A stretch of 64,000 nucleotides of DNA. Origin: Owenia fusiformis (lineage: Eukaryota). The notes beneath the pieces were generated by a model. It was given only the letters and a program-made list of their open reading frames with translations, ran no database searches and was not told the origin of the DNA. Of this stretch, positions 24,649-36,340 are shown one piece after another (the first letter of the stretch is position 1; every line of letters starts with the position of its first letter). The DNA lies in contig CAIIXF020000001.1 of assembly GCA_903813345.2 (NCBI GenBank), positions 20,894,001-20,958,000 of the forward strand, read 5' to 3'. The translations under genes were made by a program, and so were the position numbers.

Positions 24649-27600
24649 CATATGATGTCATAAAACTGTGCATTTTATCTGGAATTATTACACCAAAAGT
24701 AGTGCGAAAGTGGCTTCTGAAGAGCAGATTTAGCTCCGTTTTTCTACTTTCACATGGCGACCTTGACCTTGACAAAATATAGCCATTTGGGCGATATGTA
24801 TGATTCTAAAGTGAAAATGAGTGCTTTTCGTAGTTTTACTTTGACCACACCTAGAAAAGTGGAAGTGGAAAAGCACACCCATTTTGACATTTTTGTTAGA
24901 AATGTTCTAGATTAATGTTTGTATGTCTAGAAATATCTAAAAAAAATAGTGCCATTTACGGTAGGTTTGGGTGCTTTTGCTCTCATTTTAACCCCATTTT
25001 CACGGTTGTCATGGTAACTATAAGGCTTTGGTAACCATGACAACTTGAATTTTGAAAGATATCCACCAGATGGTAGTTGGGCCAAGCTTGATGGAAAATA
25101 GGACTGGTTTGATATGCTAGCAGTGAGGTTGATTGTGGTGAGTAGTCACCTCAAAAGTTAAAAGGTATTGCATGTTGTTAATCAAGGCATGGTCCGTTCA
25201 TTTGTTCGTTCGCTTGTCCGGGGAATATACATGTAATCCCTGGTCTGATTTTTCTAAGAGCTCTAGAAAAGGTCGGAGTTTGTTGTCCGGGTGTCCACCA
25301 CAAAAACCAATGACTGAATAGTGTTCCTATACATCTTTACACTGGGTTATGTTACATTTTTCCGGCAGACGTTTGCATCCTGTTGGAACCTTTTTGACAT
25401 TTTGCAAATTCTATATTCTCTTGTTAATCAAGAGTACTCAATTTTTATGAAAAGCAATCGATATCATACTTGAAATGCAGTTATGTGGTAAAAATTAAAA
25501 CAATATATACAAGAAGTTGTTTCTAGGAGGCAACCTTGTGTGACCCCATGTTAGAGGAAAAAGCACCTGCTACAATCAAAACGAAATATATTTTCTTAAT
25601 AAGGGAATTCAGTACTTTGAAACGGTATACGGTATTCATTTTGTGGCGGAGTAAGGGACAACAACACTTCAATTTTTGGAGCAGTTTAGGGACTCATAAC
25701 TCAAATACCTGCTGCCGGATTTGGTTCAAATTTTAAAGGCTTATGCCTTATGTTAGTCGTAGAGGGACTCGGCCAGTACTAACCCCACATAGCCGATAAC
25801 CCTGATGCTATGGATCTCCTGCATGTAGAACAGAACAGAATTCTGATTCAACTTTCTAATGCTACCAGTATCTTTAGTGGAGGTAAATACTATCTGGGAC
25901 AACCGTCTGTCAGATACAGATGGAGGATTGATCACCTCTGCTGGGGGCACCTTCCAAATGACAATCGGATAGTCGTAGGGGGCAAAAATGGCTGCCATTT
26001 TCATGAAAAATGTCATTTTCAAATACTAGTCATAGGATTTAATGTAAAATAGGGGCAAAGGAATGAAGAAATTCCCAATATGACTCAAAAACAGTTTTGG
26101 TTCAGGTTTTATGTGCAAATCTTAATTGGCATAGGACTCTGGTCAAGAAGAAATGCTGAATTCAAAATGGTTGCCATTTCTCAGGAACTTTATGATTATT
26201 CTAATAACACAAATATCATACCAGATCTGGTCCAAAATACAAAGCTTTATTGTCATGAAACCTTTGGTCAAAAAATAATTTAATATATGGTACTATGTCA
26301 CAGCATGAATTGGGTGTAGATTCTATCAAAAAGGAGACACTACTACTTTACCTTTTCCTCATTTTTTCATTAATGTACTGTAATTTCCAAAATGACAAGA
26401 TATTTGATAACATGCTTTGTTCGGTGGAGCTATTGTTTTCTAGTCAGAACATGGTCAATGATCATGAAATGTAGTTCGAGAATACACATGACAGGCTATA
26501 TTCTGTATTTATACCATAATACGATCTATTATCAGGCATTGACAAGTGATGAATCACTCTTTATCATGGTATAACTAAGGTCAATATTCGTCAAATAATT
26601 TCTTCCAACTGAAAAAATACCTTTTTATAGATTATATAGATACTTGATTTTATAGCCTTATAAATTGACGAAATACTATACAAGTATATGAATCAATGAG
26701 AGAGACATTATAATGATATAAGTCGCTAAATGACGATAAAAATAGCATAATATAATAGGCATACGTGCACAATTGTGTTATATGAGTGCTGTAGATTAAA
26801 AGTTAATTGATTAATTTCTGGATAATTAATTTACAAGACGTCTCGCCATTCATACAAACTGGCAATATTATACCAAATAAGATTGTTAATCTAAAATTGT
26901 ACCTATTTGCATTAATACCAAGATTTGGTCTTGTTACAAGCCTTTGTGGCCACCTCTCCAATATCAAATTAGAACATCATCTGAGCTGAAACTGTAGAAT
27001 TGTGCTATTACTGTACTAATTAGTACAATAGCCATTTTAAGCGGAAAATTCAATAGAAAACCAAAATGTTCCACATATCGATGGTTCCCCATGAACTTGT
27101 AGTTAGTGCATATTTTAAGGAAGCAATAGACTGGACAATGTACTTACTTTTTGCTAAATCTAATAGGGTCAATTTTCATTTTCTATCATTTGTAAGAATT
27201 TGTATGAATTGCTCCCATTACCTTTTTACCCCAGTCATTTTATACATTGAACTGTACGTAGCTTATTTGAATGATCCGACTGTTTTTTTAATATGAAATT
27301 GATTTAATTTACTACCTACTTCATTAAGGAGTTGAGAAGACACAATGCCAGTTTGTTATATAAATTGCCCAGTTTATATGGAGATGAGCAGATTTTGGGA
27401 CCAACGTTTATTGTTGGCCCCAATTTTTTCGGGGTCCGCTCGATCTAGGGAGAGGTCGTGGGAATTCTGCCTACAACGCGTGAAACTAGGAAAAAAGAAA
27501 AATCGTATATTCGAGGTTCCAGACATTTTGTTACCGAAACGAACCGTTTCGGTTGAATGAAAGAATTCTAATATTTTATATTTTAATAATATTATGGAAA

Positions 27601-27730
27601 TCAGTTTGTGCTACAGTCGGCAAATGAAGCTCTTTCTAAAATCCAAAACGAGGCATATATTCTACAAATGAGCTTTAGCCGACTAGATGATCTTTTGTCC
27701 GTTCATTAGGAGTAGAACATATTAAATTGG

Positions 27731-29761
27731 ATGATTGTCAGTAACAAACGCTTGGTTGACACAAATATGAGGAAGCCGTCTTTGGAAGTGAAAAGGCATA
27801 AGTTTTGGATTGCTCTCTTTATAAGCTTGGCTTACAGAGGACTTTCAACCCCAATCAATGAAAACAAACACATTGTCAATGGAAGACACACCACCGAAGA
27901 TTCTGCAGACACTCGAACAACTCAAAATTTGTCGACTCAGGATGCCGTTTGGAAATCTAACCGACCCACAAGTGATTCTAACAGAGACTTGTCGACCAAT
28001 GGTGAATCAACCAGTAATCCTATCAGGTTTTCGAAGATTATCAAACGAGGAACTTTGACAGCTGGCACCGAACTACAGGTTACCGATAGGGCTTCTGGAT
28101 TTGATAATGGAGAAACATCCACTGAACATATGACGTATGCAGCTCGTGAGTCAACTGGCGATTTTCTGCAGAATTCGGAAGAAGTAACGAGAGAAGGTGA
28201 TGGTTTTCAGACCAATGGTTCAATACATACTGGCATTGATCAAACACACCTTGATCAGACCACGACAAATGGTCTCAATATAACAAGAGACGATTCTAAT
28301 CTGACCTGTGAGAAAAATGTAACCAGTTGTGTTGGAGTTCATCCCGAGCAACGGCCAAAGCGATCATGTGAGGGACGATGCGGGAACATCTCCAGAGAAG
28401 CTTTTTGTCAATGTGACCCAAAGTGTTCTAAATATGGAGACTGTTGTTCGGACTATACCACCATATGTGATCCAAATGGGATTAACGATCTAAGAAAAAG
28501 TGACAATGAAATCTATGAGTGCACATCGTCATCTGATGGTGTCTATTATAGCAGATCGGTTTACAAAATCGCCAAATGCCCATACGACCAAAGAGATTCA
28601 GAACTAAATTTACAATGTCAGGATCGCCATGGGCTTCTTAATCTCATACCAGTTGTTGATTTACAAACTGGAGAGAACTACAGGAACAAGTTTTGTGCAT
28701 TATGTCACGGAGTGACTGCCTATGACCCCTGGAATGTCTCAATTAGTTGCGAATCTGAAGAAATCAATCCTGAAAAGTTCATTAATGCCGGTATCGATCT
28801 TATAGTTGATTTACTCCATAACCCTGCATGTACACTTCAACTAACTGCACCAACGATTTCTCGACCCTGTATCAAGCTACATTACGATTGCATGAATAAC
28901 TGCCAGAACACAAACATATCAGAAAAGTGTGCAACAGCCGGTCAAAATCCCGTCAGATACTTCAAATCTTGGTCAATGTTTTCCTACTACGGGGTACAGT
29001 TCTACAATATTTATTGTTTGCAGTGCGCTCTCGGTCCAAATTCAATATCCGATACAGCAATTAAATGTTCCATAAGTTCTGATGATGCTAGGCATGTCCC
29101 GTATAAGTATTTTAGTTTTGCCTTAATCGTAGATATGAAATTCTTCAATTTATATGGACTGAAAATCAAAGCGAATGGAATATATGGTTTGGACAATCTT
29201 GAATTTCATTGTACTGCAAATCAACATCAATGTGAGGCAAAGGGCTGTCCAATACGCCACACTAAACGTACGTCTAAATGTTCAATATTGAACCACATCG
29301 TTGCCCAAGTGAAGCTACGATTTGACATTAACCACACTAATTCGAGAATCGAGAAAGTTTTCCACAAGACTAAACTAGTGATCAGCGCGGTTACTAAAGA
29401 TGCTATCAACACTGTCTATAGCCCTATTGGCTACATCCAAGTAGGGAATACTAGATGGACGCCGACTCGATACATAGTCGAATTTACATTTAACGTCACT
29501 GCTCCAGTTGACATTCTTGCTACTTCTTTAGAAAAGGACTTATCGAAGCAATTGGAGGTACTGACTACTCAACTTGGAGAATTTTACGATAAGGTGGATG
29601 TCAATATGACATACGAGATTATGGAACAGCTTGAAGCAGAAGGGGAAAGAGAGATTGAAGTAACGACCAAGAATGTGGAGAGTCGTCAATATCACGTACA
29701 AGCAAATTGTGCGAACGTACTTGCGCTCCTTTTACTTCATGGACTAATCTTTGGAATCTAA
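27731..29761 (+). CDS. Secreted/cell-surface somatomedin-B domain, cysteine-rich protein with hydrophobic C-terminus; single coding exon
   Basis: Signal-like KFWIALFISLAYRGLS (second ATG at 27767 may be the real start); S/T-rich region; SMB SCEGRCG..CQCDPKCSKYGDCCSDYTTIC; Cys-rich LIPVVDLQTGENYRNKFCALCHG; many NxS/T sequons; terminal VLALLLLHGLIFGI. Confidence 0.9.
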   Translation: MIVSNKRLVDTNMRKPSLEVKRHKFWIALFISLAYRGLSTPINENKHIVNGRHTTEDSADTRTTQNLSTQDAVWKSNRPTSDSNRDLSTNGESTSNPIRFSKIIKRGTLTAGTELQVTDRASGFDNGETSTEHMTYAARESTGDFLQNSEEVTREGDGFQTNGSIHTGIDQTHLDQTTTNGLNITRDDSNLTCEKNVTSCVGVHPEQRPKRSCEGRCGNISREAFCQCDPKCSKYGDCCSDYTTICDPNGINDLRKSDNEIYECTSSSDGVYYSRSVYKIAKCPYDQRDSELNLQCQDRHGLLNLIPVVDLQTGENYRNKFCALCHGVTAYDPWNVSISCESEEINPEKFINAGIDLIVDLLHNPACTLQLTAPTISRPCIKLHYDCMNNCQNTNISEKCATAGQNPVRYFKSWSMFSYYGVQFYNIYCLQCALGPNSISDTAIKCSISSDDARHVPYKYFSFALIVDMKFFNLYGLKIKANGIYGLDNLEFHCTANQHQCEAKGCPIRHTKRTSKCSILNHIVAQVKLRFDINHTNSRIEKVFHKTKLVISAVTKDAINTVYSPIGYIQVGNTRWTPTRYIVEFTFNVTAPVDILATSLEKDLSKQLEVLTTQLGEFYDKVDVNMTYEIMEQLEAEGEREIEVTTKNVESRQYHVQANCANVLALLLLHGLIFGI

Positions 29762-30015
29762 ATGAGGAAAACCTAGGTCGAATGACCATGATGACTGATT
29801 GATGCTGATATGACTACTTATTGTATATACAGTATGATTATTTTTGAGAATTTCAGCTAAAATCAAAACTTATCAGATACAGGAATCTTAGCTCTATCGC
29901 ATTTCATCGTTTTATCGATCATGATGAGACTCAAAATATGCTTCTAATTCAGCTGTCTAATTTTCCCAAATATTAGTCTTTCATGTTTATCGTCAATTTT
30001 TACGTCACTCCTTAA

Positions 30016-30806
30016 AGTCCCCATGTAAAGTTTGAAAATATTTTTATCATTCATTTACTATTTGTCATGACTTAAAAAGTTATTTTAGAGATTTTTGAAA
30101 AAGGAAATTTTTTGAAAAAAAGGCATTTCATTTTCCAAATACTCAAATTTCAAAAAGTTGAAATTTTTTATTCATCAAATATTTCTTCAAACATTTCAAA
30201 AAAGATTATCTTTTTAACACCAATGAACAGAAATTTAACACAGGGCACTATTTTAATAATAAAATACCATTGCCACTTCAATGTTTTAGCATATCAAAAA
30301 TATTTTGCAACATTGATGTGATGTCATAATGACTCACTCATCAGGTGGCAAAAACTTTTTGAAATTTTTTTCAATTTTTTCTATGTCAATCTTTTCTAAA
30401 TATGCTAAACTTCAATAATAAACCAATGTTGATTGTCTAACCAGGTTAAAAGGAAGAATATATTATGTTTTAGGTATTATACCATTGGTGTCTATGAGAT
30501 CTAAAATTGAGAAATGCATTTTTCTCTGAAAAATTTTCATGCATCGATAAGTTCATTTCTCGCTTATTTATTAACCGATTTTCTTAATTTTTCGGCAAAA
30601 ATCATGCGAGGATGAATATTGGTATGAAGTGGCTTACTAAAAGATACATGTGACCACTAAAAGTTAGTTTTAAATAAATCCAGAACAAAAAAGTCCTTCA
30701 AAAACCACCTTTTGAAATTAAAAAAAAAGTTTCACATATCACACTTTGATAACATTGGGTAAGACTACAATATCAGCAAGAGTGGTTTAAACTTTATATG
30801 AGGACT
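30016..30806. mobile_element. Non-autonomous Kolobok-like DNA transposon (791 bp)
   Basis: TTAA on both sides (30012-30015, 30807-30810); 18-bp TIR agtccccatgtaaagttt / aaactttatatgaggact (2 mismatches); AG...CT termini. Confidence 0.8.
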
Positions 30807-31412
30807 TTAAAGGATATCGATCCTTTTAAACAGTTTCCTTAGTAACAAATACTTTGTTGTGTTGATTAATCTCAAGAATTCCGAGACATCGAACTCTGTG
30901 TTTGCAATTGTTTGCTATGTGATGTAACATACGCACTTAGATTTGCAATCAAAGTCATGAGTGTGTCTGTACAAAGCAATGGAACGCTTATTATGTGTAA
31001 GCCTTTGTGACATTATCCTAATCAATCGGACACACTTTATTAATTATTTTCGTCAAACAAATAATAAAACAGCAGTGCGTGAAATTAGTATATTCTTCTT
31101 TTTTGTTATATTAAATGTCACATGGACTTCTAATGGTTGCCATCATACCCCGGACAGGTTGAATGATGCAGTCGTGTTTTTACTCTATATTTCCAAGAGA
31201 AAAACCATTCTTATTGAAATTTTCATATTTTTTCCTAATTTTATGATTTTAATAGGCTTTTTCAAAAATACGCCAATGTCAATAAAATACAGGTTTTTGC
31301 TTGAACATTGAACTTTTAGCGTAATTTCAAAGATTTTCAAGCTATTGAATTTTTGGCCGCCTAAAGTCTTTCCAGATGTATTTCATGCCATATTAATTAT
31401 GGGTGATTATTA

Positions 31413-32018
31413 ATCTGAGATCATAAGTGCTTCCGAATTTATTTCCTCTCAATTCACGCTTGATTTCTGCATATAAGTAAAAGTCATTGGGTGCAAGGTC
31501 TGGGGAATATGGAGGGTGTGCAAGTAGTGGTAGCCCCAGTGCCCTAATAGTTTCACTAGTGAGCATAGCTGTGTGTGAACTCAGATCACATGTCTAAGCA
31601 AGACTTCAGGAAATGGGCAAGAATTGGTTTGAAAGTGTGTTTAGAGAGTGGGTGAATAGGCATAAGAAGTGCATATAGCTAGAGATGGACATTATGTTAA
31701 ATAACTAATTTCATAACAATGGGACTTTAGGACTGTTTTTATATTGTATTTGTGGTAGTAATAGACTCGGGAGTATGAATAAAGCTATCAGAAAATATAA
31801 ATATGTTTGGAAAATTGTGACGTAAACAAACTTGCCCCGCCTTTTTGTTGTTCGGTTGCTATAGCAACCATAATTCCGGCCAATCAAATAGAAGACGCTT
31901 TAAATTCACAGAATAAAGGTAAAAAGGGTTGGGCTACAAACTCTGAAAATGTCATCAAGATTGGTTCAAAATTAAGAAAGTTACAATATCTTTCACAATT
32001 CTTTTATTGGACACCCTG
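31413..32018 (+). mobile_element. Decayed mariner element: 3' part of transposase with internal inversion, plus right TIR
   Basis: Minus strand 31581-31414 reads SSHTAMLTSETIRALGLPLLAHPPYSPDLAPNDFYLYAEIKRELRGNKFGSTYDLR; plus strand 31580-31704 continues LRSHV*ARLQEMGKNWFESVFREWVNRHKKCI(fs)ARDGHYVK*; terminus ...ttggacaccctg at 32018. Confidence 0.88.
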
Positions 32019-32430
32019 TGCGTCACCGAATGGAACTAGAATGGAACTAGTTGAAAATGAAATTTTATCTGTGAATCTTGCCTACAGGCGAGAAAAAGGA
32101 CATGCTGTCACTCCCATCCGCCATTTTTTGTTATCGTTACCGCAAAATTTTCAAAATCGCCTTGACGTAACCGTCATGCTATAACACCGTTAAACAGGAA
32201 GATGTCACTTTATTTCGTAGTTTGTGTTCGCGTTCAATTGTTTTCTTACCTACAGATACACCAATCACGTTCCCAGTACATCAGAAAAAATCAAAAACTT
32301 TTTGTGGTTTACACCACATTTTAGATGGTTAGCTGTCCATTTGTAACAGTTGAATGATCCCCCTTTGTTCTCTTACCACAGACCAGTTTGATTTTCATTC
32401 ATAAAAATGTACACACCTTCTTTCTTTCTC

Positions 32431-34025
32431 ACCCCTGGTATGAGTGTGGACAATTTTTTGAAGCAATGATGAAATGTGTGGACAATACCGGCAAAATGGT
32501 ATCGTATTGATACCTCGCTAATTAAAACAATATTCTTGGTATATTTCTAACGCACTAAGCAAGTAAATTCGCTATAAGCACAACCAAATTAGAGTAAACA
32601 CTTGGTAAGAACAAAAAATGTGCATAAACCTATTAATTGTAATCTTGTAAGTTGAAGTTGCAAAACCATGTTAGTTTTTGAATATTCAGATTGTTTTCAC
32701 TACAAGTAGGATTATTTCACATTATTTTTAGTTTAATATTAGTATGATGTGTAAAGCTTATCATCATACATCACTAACATTTGAAATTATTACTTTATAT
32801 CCCTTCAAACATTTTTAGTCCATCTAATCTACTTGTTATTTGTGTGGACAATGTTTTCAATTCAATTCTATTTATTTCATAATTCTTATATAATATACAC
32901 TATAAAAACAAGCCGCTAGACACCCTAGTGGGTATATGTTGCGGTTTAAAATGTTTAAAATTTTGTAGTAATACAAAATTACATTGTTGACAATCGAATC
33001 TTGTTACTTTATGTAAGAACGTATGAATAGCAATCTACTGATTTTGAACATTTTCAACCCATGTTTATTTGCTGTCCACGTGGCTATCCATTGAATTGTC
33101 GATTAAAGATGTTTAAAATGGCAATCATGATATGTTCTTAGCTTGTATTTAGTAAAACTCACGACTAGATTTTGATATTTTACCAAAAAAGCTCTAGACA
33201 ATTTCCCCAAAAAAACATTTTGAATAGGAACTGTTCATCTAAAATGTTGTTATTGTTATGTACTTTTTGGAGTCATGTAGTATTCAACCGTTGAATATAT
33301 TCACGATAATCAACCTACCTCTAATCATATCTTATTATTTTTCCATGAAAGAAAACTCATTGGTTCTAAGGACATTGTTGACGCCACATCGGTCGGTATG
33401 TGATAAACTCCTTTGACTAAAAATCTAAAGGGTTAAGACAAATATTCTTAATACTTATTCAGAAAATTCAAATCAAAATTTGTATCCTAATTGTATGTCA
33501 AAATACTACCACTGGTCGTGAGGTTCGTAGAATCACTGCTGCTGAGATGTATATGATTTATATATGGATGCACTAGCACATGTTTACATCACAACATTGT
33601 CCATACACGAAAAATATCGAAAAATCACTCACAAATTCCAACAGTAACACAAATTTGGGAATATAAGCGATGGGTTATTACAGGTACCTCATAGGACGTT
33701 CCTAGGAGTTCTCTATGCATAAAACACCATAAAAAGGAAGAGGAATCCCCGAAAATACTGAACATTATTTTAATTTTTTTGTAAAATCGCATTTAACTTT
33801 CAATTTCATAATAACTACACTTATAAGTTGACCATTTTTGGGCTTTCACTGGAGCTAAAGGTGTTCATTGACATACCATCAAAACATTTTACCAAGCCAT
33901 CGGCACTACAAACTGTTCAAATATGAAATATAAACATACCTTCCCTCCACGACCTTCATTTTGCCGGGCTTTGTCCACACATTTCATCATTGCTTCAAAA
34001 GATTGTCCACACTCATACCAGTGGT
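32431..34025. mobile_element. About 1.6-kb TIR element, superfamily unresolved
   Basis: About 65-bp inverted repeats ctggtatgagtgtggacaat...ccggcaaaatg (32435-32498) / cattttgccgg...attgtccacactcataccag (33957-34021); motif gtgtggacaa twice per TIR and again near 32842; no TSD recognised. Confidence 0.8.
32857..33550 (-). mobile_element. Possible decayed CR1/L2-group LINE 3' fragment nested in the TIR element
   Basis: Minus strand ends aataaatagaattgaattga (polyA signal plus short-repeat tail); residual KLRTY peptide. Boundaries approximate. Confidence 0.35.
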
Positions 34026-34154
34026 TGTTTTTGTTTATTAGATTGAGTATCACCACCCTGATCACATGCAAGATATAACATTAAAAGCATCTCACCAATG
34101 ATAACTAACTGCGAGCCCAAGGAAAAATACAGATTTTTATGAATTATTATGCTA

Positions 34155-34300
34155 CAGGGTGTCCAAAAAAACAGGACCGTAAGAAAGTTGAATAACTCGG
34201 TCAATTTTGCATATTTTGCCTTGAAATTTTAGAATTATTTAGTTCATTCAATGTAAATTTTGTTGTGAAAGTTTGATAATAATCTATTAATTGAGTCAAA
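34155..34300 (+). mobile_element. Solo Tc1/mariner-type terminus
   Basis: TA|cagggtgtccaaaaaa..., same first 12 nt as the 32018 end read inward; no partner found downstream. Confidence 0.5.
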
Positions 34301-36040
34301 AACTACAGCTCCTTACAAAACATGCCCCAAATGTGCACCTCAATTTGAATTAAACCTTAACTAAAAATTCATAGTTGTTATTAATGGCTAAAAGAGCATT
34401 AGTTATGGATACTATTGATTAACAAACACATCCTTATGCGATCCAATAGATATGTTCAAAATTCATAACCGTGTTGATCGCAGAGTCTGAAGTATCGTTT
34501 TAAGCATTACTGGGTTGGATAGGTGGTTATGGATAAAGCTAACACAACAAAAGAATAAGGCTGCATTTAATATGAGGCCTAAAATTGTCTGCTAGTTGGC
34601 CAGAGACCAATATCTCAGCAGAATTTGAGAACAGAATCGATTTTTTCGTTCTGCGTAGGCCCGTGCAGGGTCATGAATGAAAGAGAGCCCTCCGAAATTC
34701 TGTCAAAATTGCAGGTTATTTCTTCATTTTTGCTAAAATTACATGATTTTGAGGGCCCATATCTCACTGAAATTGCTACAATGTAGCAATTTTTCATTTT
34801 TACAGGCTAGATACACGTGTCAGGTCAACAGAAACAGTAAGCATGTGTGGTTTTTAAATTGCTACATTGTAGCAATATTTATTTCGAAATACAGCTGTGG
34901 GAGAAACTGCTATTTACTTAGATTTGGGCGAAAATGGCCAAATTTCAGTCAAAATCCTCGGGACATAGGGCCTTTGTCGTAGATTAAGTCAATGAAGCAA
35001 CTCTTAGTAGAAGGTGTGCCATATAGGGAATGAAAGCTGTTTGTCAGACGTATCATTTTCTTCAATAAACTCAGAGATAGTCAGGTTAGATTTGTGACGT
35101 CACAGTGGCAAAGTTAGACTAGCATATTTAGACGTATTTGGGGTAGGGCAAATTAACCCTTTCTAGCCTGAATGGATAATTTTTCACATATTCAGCCAGT
35201 TCCGACGTGTTTATGCATTTTTGAACTAAAAATGATATTATCTGCCAAAAAAAGTTGCAGAGACAAAAATCAGTGTGATGTCATAAAACATTAAGGTATG
35301 AGGTTCCATATCCATCCGCCAAAAGGTATGACCCCTATATAGTCCATTTAAAAACCTGTAGTATTGTTCTAAATAACACCATAGTTTGCTTCTAGGGTAC
35401 CTAGTATGCCACTATTTGGTATCAAAATAAAGAGGAGGAGTTCAACTTTCATTTGAATTACAAAAATAGCGATGTAGGTCAAAAATAGTTCCGACGTGAG
35501 CATGTTTACTACGTGTTTGCCCATCATCTCAGATACTGAGGAAATGGTAGCAAACGCGAGTTACAATAAATGGACGCTGATATCTCAAAAAGTAACCTGA
35601 CTCCCTATAATTTGATGTAGATCAATCGAACCCCTATATGAACAGGTACATTTTGATATATAACACTATGGGGGGTAAGCGTTTTAAAGTTGATCACGAA
35701 CGCCATATGTGCAAAGTATTGATATGAATTTTCGAATTTGGTGTTGGATTACGGTACTCATACCCCAAGCGCACTCAGTTAATTGGCAATCTATGACATG
35801 TCCATTCTAAGGTTAATGTTTATAATTATCTTTTATGGAAAGTTTTCTTGCATTTGGAGAAATGCTTTATAACATTGGATCACAAGAAGGTTATACAGAG
35901 GTCAACAAAGGTCAATTATAACATATTGAGGAATTCTTATATAGAGAAACGAGGCTCATTAAATTTGTATATCAAATTCCAATAGCTGTTCACCATTGCT
36001 TCCTGGGATATCCAACAGCACGTTCTTATTGGTTAGTAAA

Positions 36041-36179
36041 ATCACTAGCATGTTTATCGATGTTCATTATTGTTCACTTGGATGTTCATTAGCATTTTCT
36101 TTTTGTAATCACTAGCATACTTAGTTTACCGATGTTCACTAGCATGTTCATTATTGTTCACTTGTATGTTCACTAGCAT
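36041..36179. repeat. Degenerate minisatellite downstream of the TRPV-like stop
   Basis: Reiterated 10-12 nt units tgttcactagca / tgttcattat / tgttcacttg. Confidence 0.8.
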
Positions 36180-36340
36180 AACATTACAGCATATTGCATC
36201 TGACATGGTTCTGTGCCATTCATGCTCGACGAAAATGTTATAATCACAAACTTATGTACAAATGTAACCGGTTCTTTTTGTTTATGCGTCGAACAGTAGA
36301 CTGACAGTCTTCAAGGTGTTTCCGCCAGGATTAAGTCTAG

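Noticed and set aside
30320..30352. CTGATGA on the minus strand (hammerhead core candidate)
   Set aside because: No GAAA after stem II and no closing stems; same for the hit near 55077.
31807..32184. 125-aa ORF
   Set aside because: Non-ATG start, runs through a transposon TIR, no protein motif.
33428..35165. piggyBac-like aagggTTAA (near 33428) and TTAAccctt (35153)
   Set aside because: They face away from each other and do not match beyond a few bases.
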